From: Candidatus Poribacteria bacterium
GTDB lineage: Bacteria > Poribacteria > WGA-4E > PCPOR2b
Direction of reading: 5' to 3'
Assembly: GCA_965208325.1 (NCBI GenBank)
Contig: OZ242326.1
Coordinates: 3,584,001 to 3,648,000, forward strand
DNA: 64,000 nt
The notes beneath the pieces are model-generated. The model searched no databases and had not been told where the DNA came from. It worked only from the letters and a program-made list of their open reading frames with translations. Of this stretch, positions 1-10,867 are shown piece by piece. The translations under genes and the position numbers were made by a program. How positions within the stretch are numbered: the first letter of the stretch is position 1; every line of letters starts with the position of its first letter.

Positions 1-509
1 ATAGCCACGTTTCCAATACCCACGACGACTACGCGCTGATGATCCAGATTAAAGTGTGCATCCACGTAATCGGGGTGTCCGTTGTACCAAGCGACAAACG
101 CGGTCGCGGTGTAACTGCCCTCGAAGGCTTCACCGGGAATATTGAGCCTTCGGTCTGTTTCATTGCCGACTGCAAATACAACCTGATCGTAGTGCGCCGT
201 GAGGTCCTCCGCTTGCAGATCTCGTCCGAACTGGACGTTTCCGAAGAAACGGAATCGTGGATGCGCGGCAGTGCGTTCGTACACCCGAATCACATTTTTG
301 ATTTTTTGGTGGTCTGGTGCTACCCCAAACCGAACAAGACCATACGGGGTAGGCAGCCGGTCAAAGATGTCGACATCAACAACAACGTCTTCTTGTTGGA
401 GCAGCGCTTCTGCCGCATAAAAACCGGAAGGTCCCGAGCCGACAATGGCGGTACGAAGCGGTCTTTGCTCACTGCCCACAGGGTACTGATGATTTGTTAC
501 CTCGGTCAT
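1..509 (-). CDS. Ferredoxin/adrenodoxin-NADP+ reductase (FprA-like), 5' part only; runs off the window
   Basis: Manual minus-strand translation from ATG 509 with AGGAG RBS at 516-520: [37 protein letters not shown]...[27 protein letters not shown]. Shows the FAD-binding GxGxxG motif and the GLVRxGVAPDH family motif. Absent from the ORF track because it is truncated. Confidence 0.9.
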   Translation of the reverse strand, partial: MTEVTNHQYPVGSEQRPLRTAIVGSGPSGFYAAEALLQQEDVVVDVDIFDRLPTPYGLVRFGVAPDHQKIKNVIRVYERTAAHPRFRFFGNVQFGRDLQAEDLTAHYDQVVFAVGNETDRRLNIPGEAFEGSYTATAFVAWYNGHPDYVDAHFNLDHQRVVVVGIGNVA

Positions 510-617
510 ACTAAACTCCTAAAAACAGTAGCTTAATTTTATGGTCAATTCCATTCACGTTTACGCAAGTTTCGGCGGGTGCGGTTTCCAACTGCGCTTA
601 TAAAATTTGATATAAAC

Positions 618-643
618 CGGTTCGGCTAGAAAACCGAACCTAC
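618..643 (-). repeat. GTAG-type REP-like palindrome
   Basis: Reverse strand reads GTAGGTTCGGTTTTCTAGCCGAACCG: a GTAG foot followed by a hairpin. Confidence 0.6.
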
Positions 644-1053
644 TACGGTGTAAAAAAATAATGGGTGCATCTATTTTAATCACCTCTCACACGCCGGTCA
701 ACGGAAATCTTAGCACGTTTGTGTTGGGATTTGTTGACATTTGACAAATTGAAGCACCACCAATCCGGTAGGTTTTGGGCGGGCACAAGACCCGTCCGTA
801 GATTTTTTTGGCGAATTACACGGTCGATTGTTGCATTGGCAGCACCAAAATGTCAACACGCGCTATTCACGAGGATGGTTTACACATTGTGCTGGAATCA
901 ATTAGGGCTTGGAAAACCAAATCGACAGATATGGAGTAGTGGTATCCATATATTGCTCCGTTACAGAAACAGAGTTTTTAAGAAAAAAAATTCTGTTTCA
1001 AGTTACATTCTGCGTTGCTTACACGGCTACCTTGTGTCGGCATAGCCAAGCCA

Positions 1054-1890
1054 TCAAACCTCAAATCGTGCCAATCGTTTTTGCGCGTAACCAGCTAAGC
1101 TCCGTGTCGGCGGTTCATGCAAATAGCCGACAGGTGAACAGATTGCGGTGACACTGCCAACCTGCTGATGGAACGGGAAATGGGAGTGACCAAAGAGCGC
1201 ATGGGTGACAAGCGTTTCATTTTGGCAGATTTCACCTAGCCCTTGACTGCCCATGAATGCACTAAAGAAATCCCACGGGAGTTTGCCGCGATAGCGCACG
1301 CAGGCCTGAAATGGAACGTGGTGGGTTACCACAACGATACGGCGAACTGAATCCTTAATTGTATTAATCTGACTTTGCAGTTCATTTTCAAATCGTTGTG
1401 CAACTTCTACGTCATCCGTTCCCCACTTTGCGAATTTCAAATCGTTCCAAACCGCCCCAAACAGTTGTTTTGCGGCGTATCTCTCTATCGGAATCTTGTA
1501 TGAGTCCTTTCGAAAAGAGTAGTCATACCATCCGATTGTCCCGCAAATCCCAACGTCGTTTACAACAAGCGGGTCAGTAGTGAGCGGGTGGAAACCGCAC
1601 TCGCGGCAAACCGTCTCAATGGCACAATATTTTTGCTGACTGGTGACATGTGGGCGTTCGGTAACCCAAATATCGTGATTGCCCGCCACGAATAACTTTG
1701 GACAAGCAAGACCTGACTCGGAGAATTCGGCAAGAATCTTGGCGAGTTCAAGCAGGTTGGCAGAGAGATCGCCGGCTAGGACGAATATGTCCAAATTTGC
1801 GTCTTCAGCCGCCTCAACGATATAGGGAAGTACCAGCTTATTCAGCGGGGAGGCATCGATATGAAGATCCGAAATGAGACCGATTTTCAT
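1054..1890 (-). CDS. Calcineurin-like metallophosphoesterase
   Basis: Motifs SDLH, AGD, GNHD, THH and GHSH. Start trimmed to MKIGLISDLH (ORF track starts at 1944). Confidence 0.9.
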   Translation of the reverse strand: MKIGLISDLHIDASPLNKLVLPYIVEAAEDANLDIFVLAGDLSANLLELAKILAEFSESGLACPKLFVAGNHDIWVTERPHVTSQQKYCAIETVCRECGFHPLTTDPLVVNDVGICGTIGWYDYSFRKDSYKIPIERYAAKQLFGAVWNDLKFAKWGTDDVEVAQRFENELQSQINTIKDSVRRIVVVTHHVPFQACVRYRGKLPWDFFSAFMGSQGLGEICQNETLVTHALFGHSHFPFHQQVGSVTAICSPVGYLHEPPTRSLAGYAQKRLARFEV

Positions 1891-1952
1891 TTGCTTCAAA
1901 ATCGGCTGATTATGAAATGTGGTTGGGTTAGGTTCACCGTGCAAGCGAAGCG

Positions 1953-3383
1953 CTACATGGATTGAGATTCAATCTGGTCGAGTAATTCAGCGAGGAATGT
2001 GCCTAAGCCGCTATCTTCTTGAGGCTGCTGCTGTTGTGCCTGCAGGGTTTTTCGGAGCGCTTGGATTGAGACACTATCACCAATCCTGGCAATGGCATCA
2101 ACCACAGTCAGTTTAATGGTTGCATCAGTGGTAAGTCTCAGCGCGTCGATTAACACGTTTCGCGCTTTTTCTCCACCAATGTTACCGAGCGCCGACGCTG
2201 CGATGTCTTTGACACTGGCATCGCCGCCCTTAAAAGCTGCGATGAGGGCATCGACAGCGGGGGCGCCAATCTGACTGAGGGTGAGGCCTGCCTGAAAACG
2301 CACGCCTGGGATTTCCTCACCATCCTCCATCACAGCGATTAAATCTGCGATAGCGGACGAGGGTTTGAGGTTTCCCAGAATGGAGAGGCAAGCACGTCGA
2401 ATTTCTTGATCCGGTTCGACGACACGCTTGATATATTTTTTTGCCAACTCCACCATTCGCTCTGTATTTACTTTCTGGTGGAGTGCTACGGATCTGTGCC
2501 GAAATTGTGTACCGAATGGATTTGTAAGTACCGCCCGATTTTCCTCAAGGTCGACAGTGACCAGCCCAAGGATTTCAGCGGATTCACGTTGATGCTGAGA
2601 CAATTCATCCGCTGGAAGCTCGTCTGTACCCGCCCGCCTGAATTGCTGTAATAGATTGTCCAGATGCCCCAGTGTCACGAGGCGTTCCAGTGATTTGGCG
2701 GCGGGTTTCCGCAAAGAGATTTCCGGGCTATTTTCAAGGATTTCTGTTAAGTCGTCCACCGCCTGTGCATCGCCCAGATTTCCGAGGGCAATGACCGCTG
2801 CGATTTTCACGCCGATGAGTTCGGTTGTCCGGAATTTTACTTTGGAATCGTATTTGGCGAATTCACGCATTGCTTCCTTGTAGTCCTTAATTGTTTTGAT
2901 GTTTCGCTCATCAATTACGCTTTTGATGGTATCATTTACTTTAATATTGGCTATATCAGCGGGACTCCCGGGTTCGACTTTGCTGACCTGATTTCCATTG
3001 ACGGTTAAGCCGACCTTATCGCCTGTTCTTCGGACGGACATACGAATGTCTCTACCGTCCGTAAACTTCAGGATAAAATTATTGTCGTCTTTCATCGCCT
3101 TTTTCTCATCGTAGTCCCCGATTTCGTTGATGAATCGTTCGCCAATCACATAGGTGATCAGTTCGCCGGGTTCTAATTTCGCTCTGGCTGCGGGACCGTT
3201 TTCCTTGACATCAATTATTACTACCCCGGTTGTTGACCACCGGTTATCAAGGTCGCTGTCTAACTGCTGGACTTCCATTTGAAGTCGATTATCGTAATAA
3301 CGATTTTCTCCGGCGCAGCCGATCACAGACAGACAGATTAGCGTGCTTAAAAGCGCGTAAAGTTGTATTTTCCGAATCATCAA
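1953..3383 (-). CDS. Lipoprotein with PDZ domains and HEAT/PBS-lyase repeats
   Basis: Lipobox-like LSVIGC; two PDZ-like segments (VKENGPAARAKL, VEPGSPADIANIKVND); C-terminal HEAT repeats (ALGNLGD, ALGNIGG). Confidence 0.75.
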   Translation of the reverse strand: MMIRKIQLYALLSTLICLSVIGCAGENRYYDNRLQMEVQQLDSDLDNRWSTTGVVIIDVKENGPAARAKLEPGELITYVIGERFINEIGDYDEKKAMKDDNNFILKFTDGRDIRMSVRRTGDKVGLTVNGNQVSKVEPGSPADIANIKVNDTIKSVIDERNIKTIKDYKEAMREFAKYDSKVKFRTTELIGVKIAAVIALGNLGDAQAVDDLTEILENSPEISLRKPAAKSLERLVTLGHLDNLLQQFRRAGTDELPADELSQHQRESAEILGLVTVDLEENRAVLTNPFGTQFRHRSVALHQKVNTERMVELAKKYIKRVVEPDQEIRRACLSILGNLKPSSAIADLIAVMEDGEEIPGVRFQAGLTLSQIGAPAVDALIAAFKGGDASVKDIAASALGNIGGEKARNVLIDALRLTTDATIKLTVVDAIARIGDSVSIQALRKTLQAQQQQPQEDSGLGTFLAELLDQIESQSM

Positions 3384-3483
3384 AATTCCTTTCCGAAAAT
3401 AGAGGTATTCGCCAAAGCCCTTGGCTTGAAATCTGGATGTTGGCGGGTATTACAGGTAACCGCGGCGTCATGAGACGATTTGG

Positions 3484-4380
3484 CTATCTCAACTCGGCAA
3501 CAACTTCTCGGCTGCCTTGTTCACCCAAAACATCCAACAGGGGCTTAACGGCTTTTTCATCTCCCAATTTTTCTAACGCTTGAATTGCGTCAACTCGCAT
3601 TGCCGATCCCTTGTTTTCGACGATTTTGACTAGCTCTTGTACGGCAGAGCCGCCAATTTTGCCTAATGCTTCAACCGCGAGCCGCCGAACTTCGGAAGCT
3701 TCTCTGTCTTCCTTGCGTTTGGCTGACCCGGAGTTGATTACCTGCACTAGCATCGGGATGGCACGCTCATCGCCAATTTCACCGAGTGCTTTGACTACAT
3801 TCAAGCGGGTTTCCATCCGTTTGTAATCCATCAATTCTTCGAGAATAGGCATAATTGTGTCTGGGTCTTGCTTTGCAATTGACGCCAATACCAACTGCGC
3901 ATCATGCCGGTCGCGATTGTCTTTGGATTTAATGGCTTTTTTTAGCGCCTTAAGAAGGTCATTCCGATCTCCCTGCGTGTAAACGAGATAGAGCGCTTCG
4001 AGCGCTGCATCTTGTACTTCGCGCGATTGGTGCCTTAAGGTTTCAAACACGAGGATTTCTAAGTATTTGCGCTCATCGTTCTGGTAGGCGATAAACATGT
4101 GCTTGCCTCGTTCTATAATAGAGGCTTTTATTATGGCTTGTGTTTGGTCTTCAGCATAGAAATCCTCAGAATCGTAATGACCGAGAAGATAGTGCGCCTC
4201 GGCGTTATCGGGCTCTTCAACAATTGCCGTTTTAAATCGCTCAACGGCGCGCGCTTCCTTATTCCGTTTTTCCGACTTGATGAGTTCTTTCCCTTTCGCA
4301 AGGTTTTCGTTTTGGCTGCCGCAGCCAATCAAAAGCATCCCAACTGGTATAAAGCACAGCTTGAAAAGTGTTTTGATCAT
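3484..4380 (-). CDS. Lipoprotein with TPR-like and HEAT repeats
   Basis: Likely start MIKTLFK with LLIGC lipobox; TPR-like EPDNAEAHYLLG; HEAT repeats ALGEIGDERAIPML, ALGKIG, ALEKLGDEKAVKPL. Confidence 0.75.
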   Translation of the reverse strand: MIKTLFKLCFIPVGMLLIGCGSQNENLAKGKELIKSEKRNKEARAVERFKTAIVEEPDNAEAHYLLGHYDSEDFYAEDQTQAIIKASIIERGKHMFIAYQNDERKYLEILVFETLRHQSREVQDAALEALYLVYTQGDRNDLLKALKKAIKSKDNRDRHDAQLVLASIAKQDPDTIMPILEELMDYKRMETRLNVVKALGEIGDERAIPMLVQVINSGSAKRKEDREASEVRRLAVEALGKIGGSAVQELVKIVENKGSAMRVDAIQALEKLGDEKAVKPLLDVLGEQGSREVVAELR

Positions 4381-4510
4381 TTTAAACTCCAAGTCCGTAA
4401 AGTGAAACATTAGGTATTTCGAATTGAGTGGACAGAATTTACGGTCAAACGACAATCCTTTACCGACTCGAACTGGGCGGCCTTTCATTAACTCATTGCC
4501 GCGATATGGA

Positions 4511-6889
4511 CTACTTTAAGCTGACAACGATGTCGCTATCAGTAGGTTGTCCATTTTGACCGATTCGCAGTTGGCGTTCCGCATCCACTACGTCTCGATT
4601 GATATTATCAATACATCGACCAAGCTTGTCCAATAGCGCGGTGTGCCCGACCATCGCCCGGCGCATCTGTCTAAGGAGATCGATGACTAGGCGAAACGAG
4701 CGGACAAAATCGCCGTCAGCTAGGTTCACATATTGGTGAAGGTCTTCAAATTCACAACCTTGGCTCCACGCGAGGATGGCGGTACTCAATTTCGATTCCA
4801 ACTTGGGAATCTCCTCGACTACACGATGCTTCCTTTCCAATGTTTGAACGTGCTCGATTTCGCTGTCAACTTCCCGCACCATCTGTATTAATCGTTTGTC
4901 TTTCAGCTTCCGATAGTGATGAAGGTCCTTTCTCGATTCACAAACAATCGCCATGATGATTACATTGATTTCGTCTTCAACTGCGTCTTCAAAGAATCCC
5001 CTGAAAAGCAACTGGGTAATTTGAATTTCGTAACCGTAGATTTGGGAAGCAGCACGTCCTTTGGGTAGTAGTCCGGAACCATCAATGTAGCCAAGTTTTC
5101 CAAGCACTTTCAGTCGGTTGGCAATCTGGTTTCGTTGATAATTCTTGTAATATTCCCTCCGATCCTGGAGGTCACGTATGTGGTCGGCGGATTTCTCAAT
5201 TTTTTGGTACCGGGCAAGGCACACTTTTAGCTGAACACATTCGCAGCAGAGATTTTCACGTTTCGTGGATTCAATACTCCGAAGCTGCCGCTTAATACGT
5301 GTAAGTTTTTTCAAACGCAGCTTCTGACTTCCGCGTCCGCGCTGTTTTCGCTTTACCTCCGCGCGTTCCGTTCTCAAGCGGTGAGAACCTTCTTCAAGTC
5401 GGTCTAAGAGACGGTTATAACCGCTGATTTGCTCCGATGCATCAATGCCCTCATGAATGCACACGGGGTGCGGCAGCCGATTGAATTCCCGCTTTAGACC
5501 TTTCATTTCGGACTCAATTTCGCCGATTCGCTCGTAGTTCTGGAAATTACTCAGGCTTGAGGTACAGACATCATAAATTTCATCCCCGTATTTTTCATAT
5601 AGGTTCAGGATACTTGAATATGATAGATTAAACTGACTTTCGATGGGTTCAATTTTATCGGAGATGATACGCTGAATCTGATTGACATCTGCAAATCTTG
5701 GATTGACTCGCGCATAAACATAACCGACGGTATCGATTCCACGACGTCCTGCCCGCCCCGCCATCTGGTGGTATTCGCGCGCTTTCAGATATCGAAAATT
5801 AACGCCATCGTACTTTTCTAGGCTGTCGAAGACGGCAGTACACACCGGCATATTGATTCCGACAGCGAACGTCTCCGTTGTAAAAAGAAGTTGAATCCGT
5901 CCAGACGCAAACAGGTGTTCAACCACCTCTTTTAGGGTCGGCAGCATACCAGCATGGTGATATACTACGCCCTTTGAGACTAGATACCGAAACTCCTCAA
6001 TGTTCTTTTCGCCATGAATGTTGTACCGTGCGCAGAGCGAATCGAACACGCGAAGGATTTCATCGCGATTTTTAGCAGACAAAAAACTGTGGTTGGCATA
6101 ATATTCGGCGTTTTTCTCGCACCCTTTACGGCTAAAACAGAAATAGAGGCAAGGGAGTTGCCCCATCTTCTGAATATGCTGAATGAGGTCGGCGCGAATA
6201 ATCTCGGGAAATTTGGACGCGCCAATTTCGTCCACAGATTGATTGTGAAATCCTGCGTATGCAATCTCCTCCTGAATTCCGCGAAGATTGCCGATATTTC
6301 CAATTCCGTAACCCTCAAGGTAAAGGCGGTGTTGCAAAGGCACTGGGCGTTCAAGGTCTTCAACAACCTCGATTCTTCCCTCACGAACACTTCGCATCCA
6401 TTCCGCAAATTGATGGATGTTCGGGATGGTTGCGCTCAAGCAGGCGAATTTGATGTGTTGCGGTGCGAAAATGATGCTCTCTTCCCAAACCGTTCCGCGC
6501 TCAATGTCATTAATATAGTGGATTTCATCGAAGATAACATATTCGATGCCTTCTAATCGGGTGACGTCGTCGAAGATGGCATTCCGGAAAATCTCGGTCG
6601 TCATGAGTAACACTTGCGCCGATGCATTGAGCGTTACATCGCCTGTGACGATTCCGATGGCATTTCCGTATTGCTGATAAAAGTCGCGGTACTTCTGATT
6701 ACTTAAGGCTTTAATCGGAGCAGTATAGATTACGCGGCGTCCTAGCCGAATACACTTTTCGACGACATATTCGGCAATTACCGTCTTGCCGGCGCCCGTT
6801 GGCGCGGTAACGATGACGGAATGGTTTTGATCTATTGCATAGATTGCATCCTCTTGAAACCGGTCTAGCTTGAAACCTTTATAAATCAT
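4511..6889 (-). CDS. Ski2/HelY-like DExH-box RNA helicase with DSHCT C-terminus
   Basis: APTGAGKT, APIKALSNQKY, DEIH, SAT and QMAGRAGRRG motifs; C-terminal GDFVR..R..IDLL. Confidence 0.93.
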   Translation of the reverse strand: MIYKGFKLDRFQEDAIYAIDQNHSVIVTAPTGAGKTVIAEYVVEKCIRLGRRVIYTAPIKALSNQKYRDFYQQYGNAIGIVTGDVTLNASAQVLLMTTEIFRNAIFDDVTRLEGIEYVIFDEIHYINDIERGTVWEESIIFAPQHIKFACLSATIPNIHQFAEWMRSVREGRIEVVEDLERPVPLQHRLYLEGYGIGNIGNLRGIQEEIAYAGFHNQSVDEIGASKFPEIIRADLIQHIQKMGQLPCLYFCFSRKGCEKNAEYYANHSFLSAKNRDEILRVFDSLCARYNIHGEKNIEEFRYLVSKGVVYHHAGMLPTLKEVVEHLFASGRIQLLFTTETFAVGINMPVCTAVFDSLEKYDGVNFRYLKAREYHQMAGRAGRRGIDTVGYVYARVNPRFADVNQIQRIISDKIEPIESQFNLSYSSILNLYEKYGDEIYDVCTSSLSNFQNYERIGEIESEMKGLKREFNRLPHPVCIHEGIDASEQISGYNRLLDRLEEGSHRLRTERAEVKRKQRGRGSQKLRLKKLTRIKRQLRSIESTKRENLCCECVQLKVCLARYQKIEKSADHIRDLQDRREYYKNYQRNQIANRLKVLGKLGYIDGSGLLPKGRAASQIYGYEIQITQLLFRGFFEDAVEDEINVIIMAIVCESRKDLHHYRKLKDKRLIQMVREVDSEIEHVQTLERKHRVVEEIPKLESKLSTAILAWSQGCEFEDLHQYVNLADGDFVRSFRLVIDLLRQMRRAMVGHTALLDKLGRCIDNINRDVVDAERQLRIGQNGQPTDSDIVVSLK

Positions 6890-7031
6890 CTATGATTCCC
6901 CAGTGTTACACGCCATGATTATAACTGTTTCTGTGTTTTTTGTCAATTGCGAAATCTAATTGTGCGTTAGGCAGTGTATGTGCTAATCCGGCCACTTGTC
7001 GAAAATTTGCCTAATTACTGGGGGAATTCGC

Positions 7032-7060
7032 TTGCGGCTGAACTCAAACTGTGCTACATT
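7032..7060 (+). promoter_or_regulatory. Putative sigma70 promoter
   Basis: TTGCGG-17 nt-TACATT with an extended -10 TG. Confidence 0.4.
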
Positions 7061-7065
7061 TAAGA

Positions 7066-7280
7066 CGTCAAGCGGCTGCATTAGGCGTCAAAATTGACAT
7101 TACCTCTAAATACCTGAGCGGCATTCCGAGCTGCCTTCATAAAACAACAGATTGCCCCTTCATCCGATGAGAACAGCGATTAGTGGTGAGTGACGAATGA
7201 TTCATGGCGAGTGAACCGTACAAGATAGCGCGAGGAGAACAAACGGCTCACCTTTATTTCATCAAGTGAATACCTTGACG
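7066..7280 (+). ncRNA. Candidate structured non-coding RNA (about 215 nt), family unknown
   Basis: Begins just downstream of the putative promoter. The 5' end CGTCAAG is complementary to the 3' end CTTGACG, followed by a T-run. Several internal hairpins and no ORF. Confidence 0.3.
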
Positions 7281-7383
7281 CGTATGTTTTTTGCCCAATT
7301 TGTGTGGTGCATACATCAAGCATGATGATTATTTTCCATGCTACTCCTGTAATTTGCTGAAGCGAAGAAAGGAGGTTAAAATC

Positions 7384-7719
7384 ATGGACTTTGGCACATG
7401 GTCACCATCACACACAATGCTTGTGCTCGTAATTGTCGTGGCTTTCCTTGGACAAGTCGCCGTTTTGTTTTATCGCACTGCACAACTTGAGAAGCGGATG
7501 GACAAGCAATACAACGAATTACGAAGGTAAGGAGAACACCTCGAGAGTCGAATCGACAAACGCATTGATGAGGTCAGAGCTGAAATCAGTGATGTGCGAC
7601 CCGAAATTGCTAATCTGTGAACCGATGTTCAATCTGAAATCAATGATGTGGGAACTGAAATCAGCAAACTCAACCAGAACCACATTGAACACTTGAGGCA
7701 CCGCAACCACAGTGAATAA
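7384..7719 (+). pseudogene. Membrane-anchored coiled-coil small protein with two in-frame stops
   Basis: AAGGAGG RBS, N-terminal TM helix, then heptad-like repeats (IDEVRAEISDVR). The frame continues through TAA 7528-7530 and TGA 7618-7620 to TAA 7717-7719. Confidence 0.65.
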
Positions 7720-8367
7720 CTTGAACGCTGATTTTATGGCTGTTTGGAGAATCGCATGAGACAACAAATTAAAATCCGCCCGGAATAATTGAGACGATAA
7801 AGAAATTAAATTTACGACATAAGAGAAGAGAAACGCCTGAATAATGATTGAAGGGAAAGGACCTACACCTTCCCCGTTCCTGATGAATTGTCTGATTGGA
7901 CAGAAAAATGTCACTTCCAATATCGTCCCGCCTTCGGAATCGTAAATCCTATCAAATCCCTTCATAAAGAAATCAGATTCACTGGCTTAATTCTGTTTAT
8001 GAACGCTGCTACGGCGCAATTCAGCAATTCGTGAGGATTCTCATAGAGTTGGGTTGCCTAGCCCTCGAATGGTATTTCCAAGATTGCCAGTCGATATGTG
8101 CGGGTCCACGTTTAGCCCCTTTAGACGTACAGTTAGAGGCATGTTTAGAACTACGTTTAGAAGTGCGGCAACTCACGCAGCGAATTGATGAATACTTTGC
8201 AGAGTTTCAGTGGAAACTAACACCTGAACGGCTACCGCTAGATGATGAAAAATGCCCCTCTAGCCGCAGGATGTTTTTCAGTTTCTTGAAGGCACTGGAC
8301 GCAGGCGCATGAAGAATGGGGGCGTTCTTCCGACGCACCCGACAAGACGATTAGTGTTTGGTGAAAT

Positions 8368-9357
8368 ATGTTCAAAAAAGCCTTGTGTATCGGCGAGTTG
8401 GTCATCGATTTTGTCTCAACAGCAACTGATAAATCCCTTGCAGAATGCGCCGGTTTCACCAAAGCGCCGGGCGGCGCGCCGGCGAATGTCGCCGTAGGAT
8501 TGTCTAGACTTGGGCTAGAATCGGGATTTATCGGCAAAGTTGGGGATGACCCATTCGGGAATTACCTGCGGAAGACACTCGAAGAGAACGGCGTGGATAC
8601 ATCGAGTCTCATATCGGGAACTGGTTGCCGTACAACGCTGGCATTTGTTGCGACGCGTTCCGACGGGATGAAGGACATTATCTGTTATCGGAATCCTGGG
8701 GCGGATATGCTTCTCACGCCTGACGAAATCAACGAAACCTACATTCAATCTGCAGATTTGTTCCACTACGGTTCGGTAAGTTTAAGCCATCAACCGAGCC
8801 GCAACGCTACGCTAAAGGCGATACAGTGTGCAAAGGACGCCGGTGCATTTATCTCCTACGATCCGAATCTGCGGTTGATGCTGTGGGATAGTCCGGCAGA
8901 TGCTAAACGCTGGATTTGGGAAGCCATGCAGTATGCAGATGTTGCAAAACTTGCCGAGGAGGAGTGGGAGTTTGTGACGGGCACATCGGATTTGCAACGC
9001 GGCAGTGAACGCATTCTGGAATCGGGCGTGGGTTTGGCCGTCGTGACACGGGGGGAGCACGGTTGTTATTTCAACGACGGTCGGATTCATGGATATTTGG
9101 ACGGGTTTCAAGTTGATGTAGCCGACCCACTTGGTGCAGGTGATGGGTTTGTTGCAGCGATGCTAGCGAAGCTGATGCAATCATTTGGCGCGGGGCGAGC
9201 GCCGGTGCAACTCGACGCGGACCAACTCCGAGAAATCATGACCTATGCGAATGCGGCTGGCGCATTGAGTACACAGCGGGTGGGGTGTATTCCGTCGCTG
9301 CCGACGGCATCGGAAATTGACGCGTTTTTGAGCTTACCTGCCGACCTCCCATGCTAG
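8368..9357 (+). CDS. PfkB-family carbohydrate kinase (fructokinase-like)
   Basis: [22 protein letters not shown] and DPLGAGDGF motifs. Confidence 0.93.
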   Translation: MFKKALCIGELVIDFVSTATDKSLAECAGFTKAPGGAPANVAVGLSRLGLESGFIGKVGDDPFGNYLRKTLEENGVDTSSLISGTGCRTTLAFVATRSDGMKDIICYRNPGADMLLTPDEINETYIQSADLFHYGSVSLSHQPSRNATLKAIQCAKDAGAFISYDPNLRLMLWDSPADAKRWIWEAMQYADVAKLAEEEWEFVTGTSDLQRGSERILESGVGLAVVTRGEHGCYFNDGRIHGYLDGFQVDVADPLGAGDGFVAAMLAKLMQSFGAGRAPVQLDADQLREIMTYANAAGALSTQRVGCIPSLPTASEIDAFLSLPADLPC

Positions 9358-9852
9358 ATGTTGCAATTCTGGACCGATGAGTTTCTCCCAGGCTAACTGC
9401 ACGGCTGCGGACGACCCCGGCGTCGAGATGACCACCTTCCCGCGGTACACGCCTGCTGTAGCGCGCGAGAGCATGGCTGCGGCGCCCACCTGATCGTAGC
9501 TAAACATCCGAAACAGCTCGCCGAAACCCGGCAGGGTTTTCTCAAGTTTCCGGCTCAAGACGTCAAAGGTATTATCGCGCGGAGCGATCCCGGTCCCCCC
9601 GTTGAACAAAATCACACGTGCGTCTCCGTCTGCCAACGTATCTAGCACCGCATTTACCTGTGTTGGTTCGTCCTTAATCAGTTGATACGCTGTTACCGTG
9701 TGTCCATCTTCTTTCAACCGCTGACGAAGATATGCCGCATTCTTATCCGTTTCCGGGGTTCGTGTGTCGCTAACAGTGACAATTGCCACGGGGACGGGAC
9801 CGTGTTCTTCAGCTAATTTTCTATGTTGTTCAGTGCTTGTTGAAGTTGCCAT
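9334..9852 (-). CDS. moaB: Molybdenum cofactor biosynthesis protein, MoaB/MogA family
   Basis: [32 protein letters not shown] and PGS motifs. Start trimmed to [10 protein letters not shown]. Confidence 0.88.
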   Translation of the reverse strand: MATSTSTEQHRKLAEEHGPVPVAIVTVSDTRTPETDKNAAYLRQRLKEDGHTVTAYQLIKDEPTQVNAVLDTLADGDARVILFNGGTGIAPRDNTFDVLSRKLEKTLPGFGELFRMFSYDQVGAAAMLSRATAGVYRGKVVISTPGSSAAVQLAWEKLIGPELQHLAWEVGR

Positions 9853-9875
9853 TTTTTTCTCCGTCTGAGTGGAAA

Positions 9876-9900
9876 GGGCAACCACAAGGGTTGCCCCTAC
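9876..9900 (-). repeat. GTAG-type REP palindrome
   Basis: Reverse strand reads GTAGGGGCAACCCTTGTGGTTGCCC. Confidence 0.7.
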
Positions 9901-9964
9901 ATGGAATAGGTCCAATATGTGGGCAGGTCTTGTACCTGCGCAATTACCATGCAATTTCGTCGGA

Positions 9965-10729
9965 TTACGCTTTTTCTTCTTCAGCGTTTGTTATAAACGG
10001 GGTCAGTAGATCGATTGGGATTGGGAAGACGAGCGTCGAGTTTTTCTCGGCAGCCACTTCGATGAGGGCTTGTAAGAAGCGAAGTTGGATTCCGGTCGGA
10101 TTCCTGCTCAATATTGTCGCCGCCTCTGTTAACGCTGTGGACGATTCCAACTCGCCCGCGGCGTGCGTCAGTTTTGCTCGTCGTTCTCTTTCCGCTTCCG
10201 CCTGTTTTGCCATTGCGCGTTGCATCTCCGCCGGGAGATCGACGTGCTTGATTTCCATTGCGAGGACGTGAACCCCCCAGTCTTGGCTGTGCTTCCGGAT
10301 AATTGCCTCCAAGTCTTGATTAAGTTTCTCGCGTTCAGACAGGAGTTCATCGAGTTCAGCTCGTCCGAGAACGCTTCGAAGCGTAGTCTGCGCTAGTTGG
10401 CTGATGGCAAACCCGAATTCTTCCACCTCAATGACTGCCTTATCTGCGTCAACGACCCGGAAAGACAGCACCGCGTTCACATTTACCGAGACGTTGTCTC
10501 GGGTGATTACGTCTTGGGGCGTGACATCTTGTACTATGGTACGCAGGCTGACTCGCTGCATCCGCTCAATCCAGAATGGAATCAGCAGAACGAATCCGGG
10601 ACCCCGCACGCCGCTTAAACGTCCGAGCCGAAAGACAACAGCTCGTTCGTACTCTTTGAGAATGCGAACGGAAGTTAGGATAAGCACCAATCCTACAACA
10701 ATAGCAATACCTATTTCTATTTGCGGCAT
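9965..10729 (-). CDS. SPFH/band-7 stomatin-like (slipin) membrane protein
   Basis: [31 protein letters not shown] and [15 protein letters not shown]. Confidence 0.93.
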   Translation of the reverse strand: MPQIEIGIAIVVGLVLILTSVRILKEYERAVVFRLGRLSGVRGPGFVLLIPFWIERMQRVSLRTIVQDVTPQDVITRDNVSVNVNAVLSFRVVDADKAVIEVEEFGFAISQLAQTTLRSVLGRAELDELLSEREKLNQDLEAIIRKHSQDWGVHVLAMEIKHVDLPAEMQRAMAKQAEAERERRAKLTHAAGELESSTALTEAATILSRNPTGIQLRFLQALIEVAAEKNSTLVFPIPIDLLTPFITNAEEEKA

Positions 10730-10867
10730 TTACATCTCCTTGTGTTGAGTATATGTATTGAAATACGGTGCCAGTGTCCAGCGAACAGTAAATGCTAATC
10801 ACTGGTTGCTAGCTATAGCTCTTAAGAAGGGGGATTGCGCATAATCGTCCAAACCTAATCTGCGCGG

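Noticed and set aside
39..536. 165-aa plus-strand ORF
   Set aside because: Antisense shadow of the FprA-like reductase on the minus strand.
8031..8312. 93-aa ORF containing TTAG at a 12-bp period (8121-8160)
   Set aside because: May be a decayed xxLE-repeat gene remnant, but there is no recognisable family or clear RBS, so it is not supportable as a gene.
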